64,000 nt of DNA from Eledone cirrhosa (GCA_964016885.1 OZ024740.1:178808001-178872000), one strand, 5' to 3'; counted from the stretch's first letter, positions 1-13,716 are shown. A program made the numbers and translations. Notes: generated from the letters alone by a model not told the origin.

Positions 1-36
1 GAGTTGGCAGCCACCATGTATGTATGTATGTATGTT

Positions 37-3000
37 TTCTCTTTCTCTTAATTTCGAGTATATTTTTTTGACCGGCCACCTTCCTGGTGGCAAGGTTGTA
101 AAAGAAAAGAAATTGTCATCCCTTGAATCGCAAGAATGTTTTGCATATTTTGAAGGTGCCAGCTATCGCAGCCATTTGTAGACTATGAATTAGGGAGCTG
201 CGCTTTTTGTCCGCAAATCCAAATTCGGTCATACTTTGGTCCAAGCGGGTTGGTATATAACCCGTAGCACCAATAATGATGGGTATGAAGCTAAAGGTGT
301 ATCTTGGATACTGGATTTGTAAGCTCCTCATCAATGGTCCGTAGATGTCCTCCTTCTCCTGTATTTTTCTGACAACGTTTACATCAAGTGGGCAGCTGAT
401 CTCCACAACAGAACACGTTTTCAATGTGTGGTCCCAAACTACAATATCAGGCCGGTTGTGCTTTAATTTGGTGGCAGTTTTTATTTTCAGGTTCCACCAG
501 TATTCCTTAGTGCCATCTGTCTCAATATATTCTTCCTCGTTTGTTGTTAATTTTGTTTTCCGAAGTGCGTTCCAGATAGTTCTAGCTATCCCATCGTGTC
601 TCATGGGGAGGTAGTAGCGAGATGACATTCTTTCGCAGCTGGCAACAATGTGACTTACATCCTCGATCTTTGTTTTACATAGCCTACATTTATTGTCAGC
701 TGCTGGCCCTCCTCTTTTGTGCAGCAGATATTTGGTAGGGAGTTCTTGTTCCTGTATTGCATAGAGATATCCCTCAAGGTGTGATGTCATAAACTTGTCG
801 GAACTCCATGCCAGGCTTTTTGAGTGGTTTATCCCCTCTATGGTCTGTGTTTTACGCCTCAAGTATCCATGCACAACTTTCTCTGTAAATTGGTCAATTT
901 TTTTTCTTGTTTGAACATTGAATAAGATCTTCCGATTTCTCTGGGTGAGAGATTTATATCAGGCTTTATTCCATATCTCTCCTACAGATCAGTCGCTATT
1001 CTAATGATATTTCTTTTTTCATGCTCATAAACCTGAGCAAGATGGTCGCCAACCTTTTTCCTCTGTTGAAGGTGTTGCTTCAGTGTTACTATCCGGGTCT
1101 CATATGTTGTTAATATTGATTTTAGACCCCGGCCACCTTCCTTGCGTGAGAAGTATAGCCTATCCACATCACCATTGATGTTAAAGTTCCCAGTAACACT
1201 GAGAAGTTTACGAGTTCTAACATCCATCTCACTTAGTTCTTGCAATGACCAGTTCAGTAGGCCAAATGTTGGCTTTATAATTGGCACAGCATAGGTATTG
1301 TGGGCAATGTATTTGTTATATGCTGACAGTTCTGATGACCATATTTTTTTTACTCTTCTGAGGTATTCAGTTCTGGTTCTCTCCTTATTTATGGGTCCAT
1401 CATATCTGACATTCTCATCCTGTCCAAGATATCTGTAGTTGTCACCTGACTGCAGAGGTTGTATTGTCAGGCCGTTCATATCTAGATTTCTAGAGGAGGG
1501 CACAGCTCTTCCACGTTTTACTGCCAAATATGCACACTTGGACTCACCAAATTTCATTTTGATGTCGGTTGAAAATTGTGTAATGAGGTCCAATTGTTTC
1601 TTGATGTCATTGATATTTGGCCCATACAACTTCAGGTCATCAACAAAGAAAAGATGGGAGATACTTCTGGGCCCACTTCTTTGTCCACCTTGTTTCCTGA
1701 GTAGGTAAGATAGTGGATTCAGTGAGAGAACGAAGAGTAGTACTGACAAGCTATCACCCTGAAAGATGCCCTTCTGGTAATGTATCCTATCAGTCTTAAC
1801 CTGCTCCTTCTCACCTCTAAGGATCAAATTGGTGTACCAGTTCTTGGTCAGGCGTTCAACAGCAGCTATTAATGGTTGTGGGACTTTAGCTAACTGTAAA
1901 GCCTTAATAATCCACCCATGAGGTACACTATCAAATGCTTTTTGATAGTCCAGCCACACGACAGTCATGTTTCTGCGATTCTTTGTTGTTTTTTCCTGAA
2001 TCATTTTGTTAGTTAGTAGGTGATCTATGCAACCCCACACCTCCCTCTTTCCACCAGCTTGCTCAGGTGTTATGATGTTGTTGGTAGCACAGTGATCCTG
2101 TAAGAACAGGTTAAGGCACCCAGTATATAATTTATACATGATGTTTTGGCAGGCAATTGGGCGGTAATTTTTAGAAAGGGTGGTTTGGCTATTTTTGGGA
2201 ATGAGGAGAGTAGTGGCAGTTGATAACCATCTGGGCAGTTCTTGTGTGCCCTTAATGGTTTCTGTAAACAGCCGTATGAGATCTTGCCGATAGAAAGTGA
2301 AATTCTTCAACCAGTATCCTGTAATGAGGTCTGGGCCTGGCGATTTCCTATTCGACATTTTCTGTAGAGCTGTTTCCAGTATTGACCCATCTATGTCATA
2401 TTGTTTTGTCTGGACATGTTGGCAGTAGTCCTGTTCCAGTTGTTTTAGCCAATTAGCTTGTCTGTTGAATCCGTCATCCGTTTCCCATACATATCTCCAG
2501 TAGTTCTCAACCTGTTCTTTTGAAGGGGTGTCGTTTACAGGGATTGAGCTTTTGCCACCGAAGCTGCGATAAACTGATTTAGGATCTCTGGCAAACAATC
2601 TATTTAGCACTTGTCGTTTATGGGCTGTTGACTTATATTTTAGTCTTTCTGTTGTAGCTGTGAGTTGTTGTTTCAACTGGTGTAATTTGGAGTTCAAAGT
2701 TTTAAATTTGGTATCTCCAAATCGTCTCTCTAACTTTTTCTTTAGGTCTTCCTGGTGTCGTGTGAAGTTTCTCTCTATGTTGCATTTCATAACGACTGCG
2801 ATGTGTGAGATACTTCGTCTCAGGGACAAAATTTTGGTTTTTAAATTTCGCATCCACGCTGGTTCAGGCTTTCTGTTTGTATCTTGATTGCGTGGTTTTA
2901 GATGTGTGTTATATGATAGCAATGTGACAGCTGAAACATATAACAAAACATTGAGCGTTTCAAATGTCGTTTCTACACCTTTAGATCGTATAGCCTTCAG

Positions 3001-4256
3001 ATAATTGCCAGCTATTTCGTTCACCGCTTCCAATTCCAATTTAGTGGGTTCTTTACTGACTCTAGTGTTGTATGGTCTGTCACTCACATTAAGGCTGTGT
3101 ATCTCTTGAAACATATCGTTCCATATCACTTGTAGGGTGCCCACAAGTTTTTGGTGCTCTGTTTGTTCAGTAGAGTCATGAATTGCAGCCTCGTTGTTGA
3201 TGTGGTGACAATTACTACTAGAGTCAGCTGACCTTTCTCGCTGTTCTTCAGTGGAAGTGGGATGGATTTCAGCAAAATTGTTGGTGAGCTGTTCACTGTT
3301 AGATTTAGCCGGCCATTCTCTTTGTCTGTCAGTGGAGGTGGGGTGGTTGTCTACAAGGGCTGTATTTGTAGTATCACTCGATTCCGTTAGATGTATCAAT
3401 TTACATCTAATGATACGTTTTGCCTGTTCATTTAGATGCTTTGGAGAAAAGTCTAATTCTGGGTGTTTGGAGTTCCATAAAGTTTTTAGCCTTTGCATAA
3501 AACCGAACTTTTGGGGTTCAGATTGTTTGTATGCTTCATATAATTCTTTGTTAAGCTCGTAGCTCCACTGTATACAACGGTTGTAATTGCGATTTGGTCG
3601 AAGGAGACTTGTACTTTTTGCCATGATGAGTTCGTCTATTCACTAATATTTTGTATTTATTTTTTTTAAATAGTCGATGATCTTCTTTAAAAGTTACGAC
3701 AAAGTTCTGTCAGAATCAAATTTAAAGTTATTCACAGCTTGGGTAATATTTCTTTTCAGTTAGTTTTTAATTCTACAACTGTGTTTTAAACGTTGTTCTT
3801 GAATCGTTTGAATCGAGAACAAAAAGAACCGTTACTTAGTATATTCCTTTACGAATGTAATATAATATAACAATGCTGTATTTATATGTTAAAGTTTATG
3901 TATCATTCATATAAATAGGTGTTCTACAACATATTCACAACATTCACAGTTCAAACACTTATATTTTTGTTTCTGAATCGAAAACGTTACTTTTATATTT
4001 CTTTATAAATGTAATATAACAACGTTGCATTTATATGTTAAAGTGTATGTATCGTTCATATATCATAAGTGTATGTATCGTTCATATAAATAGGTGTTTT
4101 ACAACACACTTACAGTTCAAACACTTATGTAGAATTATTGTATGTAATCTTACCGCGTAATGTAGCTCAACTTTTTCCAATATATGGTATGTTGCCTTCA
4201 TGTAAGCCGTAATTACACACGTCCAATTATCGGACACTGACCACAACGGTCGCCAT
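37..4256 (-). mobile_element. Near full-length R4/Dong-clade RLE non-LTR retrotransposon inserted in (CATA)n/(ATGT)n
   Basis: Single-ORF RT+RLE architecture. (ATGT)n directly flanks both ends (16-36 and 4257-4330). Short 3' UTR with a GCCACC/GGTGGC hairpin. The 5' UTR has a ~165-bp tandem duplication (3810-4130). Confidence 0.9.
116..3624 (-). pseudogene. R4/Dong ORF: Myb-like N-terminus, reverse transcriptase, CCHC knuckle, PD-(D/E)xK endonuclease
   Basis: Motifs [71 protein letters not shown]. Broken only by a TAG at 982-984 and a frameshift in an A-run near 900. Confidence 0.92.
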
Positions 4257-4341
4257 TGTATGTATGTATGTATGTATGTATGTATGTATGTATGTATGTA
4301 TGTATGTATGTACGTATGAATGCTTGTATGTTTGTATTTAA

Positions 4342-5722
4342 GTCGAGTCACTCTTGAGTGCTCCTGGTAACATGTAACCCAGTACAACCTGCCACATGGT
4401 CGGGTCGTCGGCGACTAAACAGGAAACTGCACCAAGTTTACTTGGTGAGGAGAGTGATTTTGGACAAAGGGCGGAAGAACTCGTAAGAGTCAACGGCCAT
4501 CCAAAAATGTGTAAATATGTATATACATGTATGCATGTGTATATATGTTATATACATGTATATATGTATATACATGTAAGCATGTGTATATATATATGCG
4601 CGGGGACATAGAAATAATCGGGATTGATACCCGTTCGCGCGGCTAAACCACTGGGAGTAAAGGACCCCTAGCATTTGTCAGGGCATTCTTCTAGGAGAAG
4701 GCAACTCAGGAAACTGGGATAACTCCCATATAAAACCTGCAGCTCAGTAGTTATCGATGATGTTGACCTTTTCTTCTTTTCGGGTTATAGCTACTGTCGC
4801 TCAGAGAATGGGATTGGCTCAATGCACAGTCTTTCCTCACTTTAAAAAAATATTCACGCGCAGGCATTGCACGATAGCATTAACTATTCATTATCAATAA
4901 TGTTATATCGTGCAATGGCCATACTCGATAACGAGGGGGCATCCATTATCATGTATGTATGTGTGTCGGATCACTCTTGAGTGCTACTGGTAACGTGTAA
5001 CCAGTACAACCTGTCGCATGGTCAGGTCGACGGTGACTAAACCGGCAAAACCACCAAGTTTACTTGGCATTGCACGATAGCTTACTTGATAATTATTAAT
5101 AATGTTATATCGTGCAATGGCCATACTCGATAACGAGAGGGCAGTCATCATCTTGTATGTATGTATGTATGTATGTATGTATGTCGGGTCACTCTTGAGT
5201 GGTACTGGTAACATGTAACCCTGTACAACCTGTCGCATGGTCGGGTCATCGGCGACTAAACCGGCGACTCCACGAAGTTTACTTGCTGAGGAGGGTGATT
5301 TTGGACAACCTGCAGGACAAAAAACAAAACCTGGCAAAGGGCGGAAGAACTCATAAGAGTCAACGGCCCTCCGAAAGTGTGTAAATATGTATATACACAT
5401 GTACCGCGCGGTTAAACCACTGGGAGTGAAGGACCCCTAGTCTTTGTCAGGGCATTCTTCTAGAAGAAGGCAACTCAGGAAACTGGGATAACACCGATAT
5501 AAAGCCCGCGGCTCAATACTTACCGATGATGTTGATCTTTTCTTCTTTTCGGGTTATAGTAACTGTCGCTCAGAGAGTGGGATTGGCTCAGTGCACAGTA
5601 TTTCCTCACTTTAAAAAATACCTTCACACACAGGCATTGCACGATAGAATTAATTAATAATTATTAATAATGGTATATTATGCAATGGCTATACTCGATA
5701 ACGAGGAGGCAGCCATCATGAT
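4342..5722 (+). mobile_element. Head-to-tail array of a non-coding ~540-610 bp element (4342-4950, internally deleted 4965-5153, 5183-5722) separated by (ATGT)n; possibly a bipartite non-autonomous RTE derivative
   Basis: Shared start GTCG(A/G)(G/A)TCACTCTTGAGTG and shared end hairpin ATGGC..CTCGATAACGAG..GCCAT followed by (ATGT)n. The CTAGGAGAAGGCAACTC motif resembles RTE 5' UTRs. Positions 1-16 look like the 3' end of a further copy. Orientation is inferred. Confidence 0.65.
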
Positions 5723-5916
5723 GTATGTATGTATGTGTGTATGTATCTATTTTCTTAGAGCGAAGGAATCATAGTGTTCATTAAGATTGTTTGCAATGAA
5801 TAGTATTGCTTGCTACAGGCAAGTCCTTAGCAGGACTAAAAAGCCACATCTTTGATGCTCGTGCATAAGTATCAAGTGATAGCATTACTGAAAATAGTGT
5901 TGAAACCATCATATAC

Positions 5917-5980
<64 letters not shown>

Positions 5981-6506
5981 ACCTATACCTCCTAGACTCT
6001 CTGTTAAAGACGCCCAACTACATAAAGCCGTATATTTTGTACAAAACAGATAATCACAAGTGTTAAATACTTGACAACGACATAAACTATAATATTCAAT
6101 CTGTTTATGTCTGTATTTCGATAACAACTGAATAATAGAATGAACTCTATAGATAATGGACACAACCACAAGGATATGGTCCGAACGTGGAAGAGCCGAA
6201 CTCCCACTGTCATCGACGCTATTTCTCTCGCCCTCCCCATCTCTCTGTATAGTGAGCAAATGGGGTCCCACGTGCTGACCTCCCCACAGCCCCGGCGGAC
6301 AGAATGGAGAAGGCGTTTCCCCGGAGGATTGTAAGAGAGATGCGCTGGAAGAGCCATTCCAACTCGCGAGGCTCACACCTGCGGCTATCTATCTATCTCC
6401 GGATGGTATAGATATTCTTCACATCGGCTCCTCGATTATTGGATATATTACGTGTTAACAGTAAGTGTTTGTTTGTATTCTTGTGTTATTGTGTTAATTA
6501 ACCCCC

Positions 6507-8016
6507 TTGCCTGGGTCTTCGGACATTAGGGTTAATTTATTTCACCCCTTTTGGGGTGAAATTTTTCATCCTAAAAATCTTGTGATTGTCTCTACGCTAG
6601 TGGTAAAGGAAGCCATTACCACAGGTAACGATGACACGCCCACTACACAAAATGAAGGAGAGCGGGTAGCGGAGGCAACAAGCCTCCCTACTGAAAGAAT
6701 AATGATTATTAGAAACATTGAAAAAATGGAGCCTAACCCTAATGAAAAAAATGTGAAATAAATTGATTCGTAGAAATTGCCAACATTAATGGATGCCGTT
6801 TCGACTTTTCACGGTGCCACGCCCACCAGCAAAGGTGAAAGAGAAGTAGTAGCTGTGACTACAAGTCTCTCGGATACTGAAAATATAAGTGAACATTTTG
6901 AAAAAATGGAGTCTAACCCCAACGGGGAAAAAAATGTGAATGCATACACCAACATAAATAACACAAACACAACAAAAAATGAAAATTGTAACAACAAAAA
7001 AACAAAAAACAAGAAAACAACTACATTTCGACAAATGTAAACAAAGAGGGGGGCGAACAAAATGACGTTCGCTCAAACTACAAAAAAAACCCATTTTGTA
7101 TGAACCTATTGACATTTCGAACATGGCCCAGCAAATGGAAAATGCACGGAAGTATATAACTTTGGAGGAAAATGGACTATTTTCTTTAAATTCTGCCCCA
7201 GAGCTAAAAAAGGAAAATAGCTTAAAAACTATTATTTATAGGACAATATCCAACAAAACCCGTAAGCCAGTACAACTCACACAGATAGAGATTGAACTGG
7301 CTTTAAAAGATCATCTGAAAAACATTGTATTCATTCGGAAGGATAGACTCTACAGTAGTCTATCCATCCGAATGAAAGATAAATTGACGGCCGAAAAACA
7401 TTCCCTGGCCCCAATTGTGTCCCCAATTGTATTTACCTTATTCCCCACTTATTTGGGAAGAAGAACGCAAAGATTGACCATACACAGTATCGATCCAGAT
7501 ATTGATTTCTGGGCGTTACTGTGTGGCCTCTTCGACTTGAAAGAGGATGCAGTAATTTCGGTAGGTAAGTCTTCCAGCAACGTGTTCGTGGAACTAGCCT
7601 GCAAGTTCTGGTGCAAATGCAGCCAGAACGAATAGCTAGGATCCCCGACCGCATATTGCTGGATGGGCTTGCCTACTTACACATCACAGTGGAGGGTAGA
7701 CGACCCGCTTCTTAAAACACCGATTTTGCCCACACCAACAACTACAACACTACCAACGCAACCTCCACCACCACCACAAAAACAACTAACACCACAAGTT
7801 AAAACACAACTGAAAACAATCCCACCCATCCCTCCCACACAGAAAACAAATACAATAACACCCAGACCACAAACACGAGCCGAAAATGTACCCCTCCCCT
7901 CGAATACGGAAGACGACCTCCTTTCGTCGTCAGACGAGGGGGGGGAACACTTTCATAAAGTTAAAATAAAACACACCACAGGAACACAAATACAAACAAC
8001 CCCTCCCAATTCATAA
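6507..8016 (+). pseudogene. Disrupted ORF1 of the L1/Tx1 element, with an internal ~175-bp duplication and a Pro/Thr-rich tract
   Basis: Consecutive plus-strand ORF pieces upstream of ORF2. The peptide TPT..GER..TSL..EKMEPNPN..NV is repeated. Confidence 0.55.
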
Positions 8017-8456
8017 CACAGACATCAACACAAAAAAACACGCAACAACAACAAATAAAAAGCATCACACAAAAAGAAAAATATGCATACACTTACATAA
8101 ACACAATAAACAAAAAACTGTTAAACGTTATTTATAATAACAACTTAATAAAAACCAAAGGTTCGAATTTCGCACAATGATAAAATCCCCAATGGACATT
8201 TACAAAACGTTAAAAGACACTTTTAAAGAGCACGTGGGGCCCCCTGCGTCAGACCCATTAACCGTGTCCTCCTAACACTCCACCCCCTCCCATACACCCA
8301 CACAACTCCAAACAGCCCAACCCCACCACACACTGATGCCCCTACACTTCCACAAACCACCACCCCACCCAACAACCCATCCCCCACCCCATGGAAATTG
8401 TGCGACCCGGTCCCCGGGACGCAGAGAAGTAGGTGCCTTTTCTCTTTACCACCAAC

Positions 8457-11400
8457 ATGGCTGTGTTGAGAGCAGGTTGTCTAAATGCGCATGGCCTCGG
8501 CTCACATTGGAAGCAAGCAATGCTTCTAAATGAACTCAGGTCACGATGTATAAATGTTATTCGCGAGGCCTGGATCAGCAGCGTGCGACAGCTGGCGCCC
8601 ACCTTTGATGACTTTGAGATGCACGCATCTCTCTGTCATCCCGGAGGTGGGGGTGGGGTTGTCGTTCTGCTGCAAAACATCTGGGTCTCGCTACACAGAC
8701 GGTACACTTGGACCCGGAGCGTCGACTAGTGGTTCTGGACCTTGACAGTGGTGAAGGCGGAGCTTTAACGCTGGTCGCCGTCTACGGCCCTTTTGGGTCA
8801 ACGCGGCCGGACTTCTTCCATCGTCTGGAGACTGTTCTAGGGACGTCCCGCTCCTTGCTTTTAGTGGGGGACTGGAATGGTATCCTAGATGTACGTTGGG
8901 ACTATGTAGGGGCATGTCTTGATAGAGGGGGTTGTAAGAGCCTCAAAGGGTTAATCGGCCGATTCGACCTGGCCGATAGATATCGACTAGATTTTCCGAC
9001 TGTGCCAACCTGGACTTGGACAAATCATAGCGGTCAATCTAGATCGTACCTAGATAGGTTCTTAGTTAGAAATAAGGATCGGGACTTTTTAAGTTGTCCA
9101 TAAATGCTCATGGTTGGCTATTCAGACAACAAGTTAGTGACCTCCTTGGTCAACCCTGATAGAACGCATAGACAGGGACCCGGTTACTGGAAGCTCAACT
9201 TGTCCTTACCGGCAAGTAAAGCTTACAGGGACCGGACCGGATTAGTCTTTAGTTAAGGAGCGGTTGACGGGCGCCATCGTCAACAGCAGGTGGTGGGGCT
9301 CTCTCAAAAGAGAGATTAGAGTAGCTTCAATAGGAGTTAGTAAGGAGTTAGCCTCAGATAGAAATAGAAAGGAAAGGGAGTTGGTAGATAGTGTAGAAGA
9401 AGCAATTAGAAGTGGTGACGTAGCCCAGAGTGCTAGTGTCGAGAACAGCCTTGGGCCAGTTCTTCGACGCGAAACACGAACGCTGCGTTGTCCGAAGCAA
9501 AATACGTGCTCTGGGAAAAGAAGGGACTAAAGCTGTTAGCTGAGCCGCATGACAGAAGCCAAAAGTGGGATTAGATCCACTATCCGGTCTTTGCGAGACC
9601 AGGGTGGACGGGCAATCCTTGAACCTAAGCAGATGTGAGAGGCCTTTCAAAGGCACTTTGCCCGATTGTTCGGAAGGGGCGAGGGGCCGGATAGGGATGT
9701 GGACCTCGGTCCATACCTCGACGGCCTGCCGCGTCTTTCGGATGAGGAGGCGAAGTCCTGCGAGAGGCCGATCTCAGCTGCGGAAATAGGGGACATGCTG
9801 AGCCAATGCGGCAGACGCAAATCTCCGGGCCTCGATGGTCTTCCCTACGAACTGTATTTAATTATGCCGGACTTGTTCTTCGATCTCCTCGAAGCGGTCT
9901 ACTGCAACTGGCAACAGAACGGGAGAATTCCCTGTTCTGTGACCAAGAGCGTAGTCTCGCTAGTGTGGAAGGGCGAGAACAAGGGGGTGAAATAAGTAAT
10001 TTTAGGCCCATAACTCTGCTAAATGCAAAGTTAAAGATTTTGGCCAAGGTGTTAGCAAAGAGGTTGGCGCTTGTCGTGGGCAACCTGGTGGAAGATGCGC
10101 AGACATGCGCCATCCCGTCCAGGTCCATTCAGGACAACCACCATCACATGCGATACATCATAGAGAGGGTTGGGAACGAATCCGGCTTTGGTGGGGCCCT
10201 GATCAACTTGGACCAATCTAAGGCGTTCGATAGGGTCGACCATCGTTACCTGGATGCGGTGCTAGTGGCGGCAGGTTTCGGACCCGTTTTCAGGGGCTGG
10301 ATCACTGCCATGCACAGCAGCCGCATCTGCTCTAGGGTCAAGGTGAACGGCTACCTCTCGGAGCCGTTCGAAATCACGCGGTCCATCCGACATCGATGCT
10401 CTCTCTCTCCTCCCTTCTGTATGTATTGGCCCTAGAGCCACTGCTGCGGAAGTTGGAGTTGCTACAGGGCATCCCTTTGGAATCGGGATTGCGGAAAGCG
10501 GTGTCGGCCTACGCAGATGACGTGACAGTAATGGTGTCAACCGCCTCGGAAATCGGGGTGATCGGCACCTTACTGGAGGAATACGCAAAGTTTACAGGGG
10601 CTAAGCTGAACCGGGACAAGTCAGTCGGTTTGCAGCTCAGCAAGTGGAGGGGCAAACCGATGGCCTCCAACGGCGTCGTCGGACGTTGGACGGAGTGCTC
10701 GGTGACGTTGCTCGGGGTCTGGTTCGGGCCAGATCTCCAGGTGGAGAAGAATTGGGTGAGGTATCGAACAGAGTGTTTGCGCTGACGCAGAAGTGGGGTG
10801 AGTGCAAACTATCCCTGAAAGGTCGGGCGGAGGTGGCGAAAGCTTATATAGTGTCCGTATCTATTACCGCCTGACCGTCGTGCCTTGCCCAAAATGGAGC
10901 GCGCACTCTTCCAATTCCTTTGGAAGAAGCGGGCTCCTTTGGTGAGGAGATCCATCTGCTGTCAACACCCTCCGAAAGGAGGGCTGGGGATGTCGTGGCT
11001 GCTGATGCGTAAACACGCATTAAGGCTACGGCACTTCCAGGAATTCCTCACCGGTGTGGGTCCCGTTTGTGAGGCGAGCCTTTCCGAGACTCGTCTCGTT
11101 CACCGAGCTGCAGTCCTGGGTCAAGCAAATACCGAGAAAACTGGGTACTTGGCACACCGAGTGTGCCCAGGCGCTCACGGCTATCTGGCAGGCGACCCGG
11201 CTATCGGTGGAGACTCCACCTTGTCATTCTATAGAGGGCTGGTAGTTAGTAGGTGCAACGACGCCCTCGGACAAGCCCTAGGCATGGAAGAAGACAAACT
11301 GGCCAGCCCATTCGGGAGGACATTTGGCCCGAGACCTATGGACAACTTCCAGAGGTCCCTGGCCTGGCAGTGCTACCGAGGGTCGCTGCCCGTTCGAGAA

Positions 11401-11865
11401 AAGCTCTACAGACACGGGCGCCCAGGTAGGGACCCCTCGAAAAAGATCTGTCCCAGATGTGTGCGCGACGAGGAAACCGTTGCGCACGCATTGGTACACT
11501 GCTCGGGCGTTGCCGATCTGTGGGGCTATGTCGAACGACTGCTGTCATGGGTTGGACCAATCCGGTTGACCACCGAGTCCATTGTAACGATCTAGCCGCC
11601 TCCCCCCTTCAAAAATGAAGGAGAGGTGGTCTTCCTCTGTGTAATAGCCATGGTGAAAGAGGTGGTATGGTGGACACGTTTGAAAGGGCAGAGGTCGGAC
11701 ACCTTTCTCTCCGGCCAACAACTGGTCCTTTTCTTTAAATACCATTTTAAGAGAAGGATCAGAATGGAGAGAGAGGTGCTCTACCCCAGCAAGTTTTATG
11801 AAAGGTGGGTGAAAGTAGCGAGAATGGCCCGTGTGAATGGGCCTTCTCTCTTTATCAGCCTGTAG
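8457..11865 (+). pseudogene. ORF2: AP endonuclease + reverse transcriptase + zinc finger, multiply frameshifted
   Basis: CLNAHGL, VGDWN, SYLDRFLV, GYWKLN, KSPGLDGLP, NFRPITLLN, LDQSKAFDRVDH, AYADD, CPRC..ETVAHALVHC. Confidence 0.9.
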
Positions 11866-12339
11866 GTGGAAAGGTGTAAGTTCAAAGGAGCACCCCCTCT
11901 CTGTGCTCATAAGGGTTGCACACTTTTTCGGGGGTGTGTGTAACCCCCAAAACGCCTCCTCCCTATTGAGGACTGTATTGTTAATTTTATATTTGTTATT
12001 TATCTTTTCTCGTTCCTTTATGTAAACTCCCCACCCCCTTGTATTTATTCCCTTCATTTGTGCCCTCGTGGCAAATAAATAGAAACTTATCTATCTATCT
12101 CAAACACACACACACCCTCCCTCTATTCAGTTTCAATAGTGCAGCTGTATGCATATATCTTCTGTCTGTCGTTATGAGTTATTTGTCTTTTTCAGATTAT
12201 TCTACATTTTATGTTGTCAATGTGTAATTCCCCTAAGTTTAACGAGTAGCTCTTTAATTCTGCTATCAGAGCTCTTTTGTACTTGTCTGTCAATAACATA
12301 TTTCTAGGTATTCATCAATATTATTTTTCTGGTCGCATG

Positions 12340-12525
12340 GTGGTGGATTGGCAGTATCGGTAGAGGGTCGGACGCCATGCTTTCCAGCATAGTTACGTCC
12401 CTTTACGAGCTGAGTTCAAATACCGCCGAGGTTGACTTTGCCTTTCATCCTTACGGGGTCGATAAAATAAAGTACCAGTAATGCACTGGGTAATTGCTGG
12501 CCTTGTGCCTAAAGTAGAAACAATT
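12340..12525 (+). mobile_element. tRNA-derived SINE with Deu/Nin-like core
   Basis: A-box-like TGGCAGTATCGG, B-box GAGTTCAAATAC, core GCCTTTCATCCTTACGGGGTCGATAAAATAAAGTACCAG. Flanking duplication ATTATTTTTCTG(G/T)TCG. Confidence 0.8.
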
Positions 12526-13340
12526 ATTTTTCTGTTCGTCATCCCTTTTCCTATCCAACTGATTCTCATATAATTCTTCTGTTCTATGCTCTTTCTTTCC
12601 GAAAAACCCCTGACGTATTCCGGTACTACCGATTTATTTAAACTCAAGGCTAGGTTTCATTAACTGTTTCAAGCCGCCGCCGCCGCCACCACCACTACCA
12701 CCACCACACAAAAAAATAGAAAATGTAACCTTCTTGGACAGCTCGGAAGGCTATGATTTGTCTTCTCATGTTACCCAGTTGCATTTCACTCGCCTATATA
12801 TATAGTGTCCCGTTTACCACATAGATTCTCTTCCTTTTTTATTCTGGTACAGTCTCATGTTTCCTCCTGTTGCATAGCATTTAATATTCTAATTTATGTT
12901 TGTCCCGGTTTGCCATTTGAAATATCATTTTCTACCAGTGCAACACAGTACTCTTTCATCTCATTGACTTTCGCTTACTCTCTCTCTCTCTCACTCTATC
13001 GTTATCTCTCTCTCTCTCTCTCTCTCCCACTCGCCCTCTCTCTCTCGAGAGAGAGAGAGCATGTATACACCTGTCTCTGTCTGAGGATATCAGATTTCTT
13101 CTAGAGATAGACACATATTGAGAGAATGGAAGTGTGAAAGAGATGTAGAGGAGGAACTAGACGAATACGTTTTCGAACTACCACGGGTTGACAGGTTCTT
13201 TATTCTATCGACTCTGTAACAATGAAAGACAAATCTAACCTCGGTGGATTTGAACTCAGAGAGTAGAGAGCCGAAGAGAATAGTGCAGAGCATTCTACCC
13301 GAGGTTTTCTAGTGACTGCCAATTCACCTATATCAAATGG

Positions 13341-13432
<92 letters not shown>

Positions 13433-13488
13433 GTAAGTATGTATGTATACGTACATACACATATGTATACAGACGTACAGTAGCACGC

Positions 13489-13533
<45 letters not shown>

Positions 13534-13716
13534 TACACATATGCATACAGGTACACATACATATATGCACGCATCAGTTTAGCCGACGTTTATTATAACG
13601 CCGGCCGCTTTGTTCGTTTGTTTGTCAACAAAGCGAACAGCCTGAATTTATGCCATACGGTGTTAAGGCAACCACGTCACCTTTTTTTTTTTTTTTGTTC
13701 AACACTGACACAGGAA

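Larger units (their letters stand above)
6399..12086 (+). mobile_element. L1/Tx1-clade LINE, full length, decayed, flanked by (TATC)n
   Basis: TATCTATCTATCT on both sides (6386-6398 and 12088-12100). ORF1 remnants precede an APE-RT ORF2. The element ends AAATAAATAGAAAC. Confidence 0.88.

Noticed and set aside
4140-4256. HDV-like ribozyme at the 5' end of the R4 element (also looked at 40726 and 4342)
   Set aside because: Small hairpins are present, but I could not build the nested double pseudoknot by eye.
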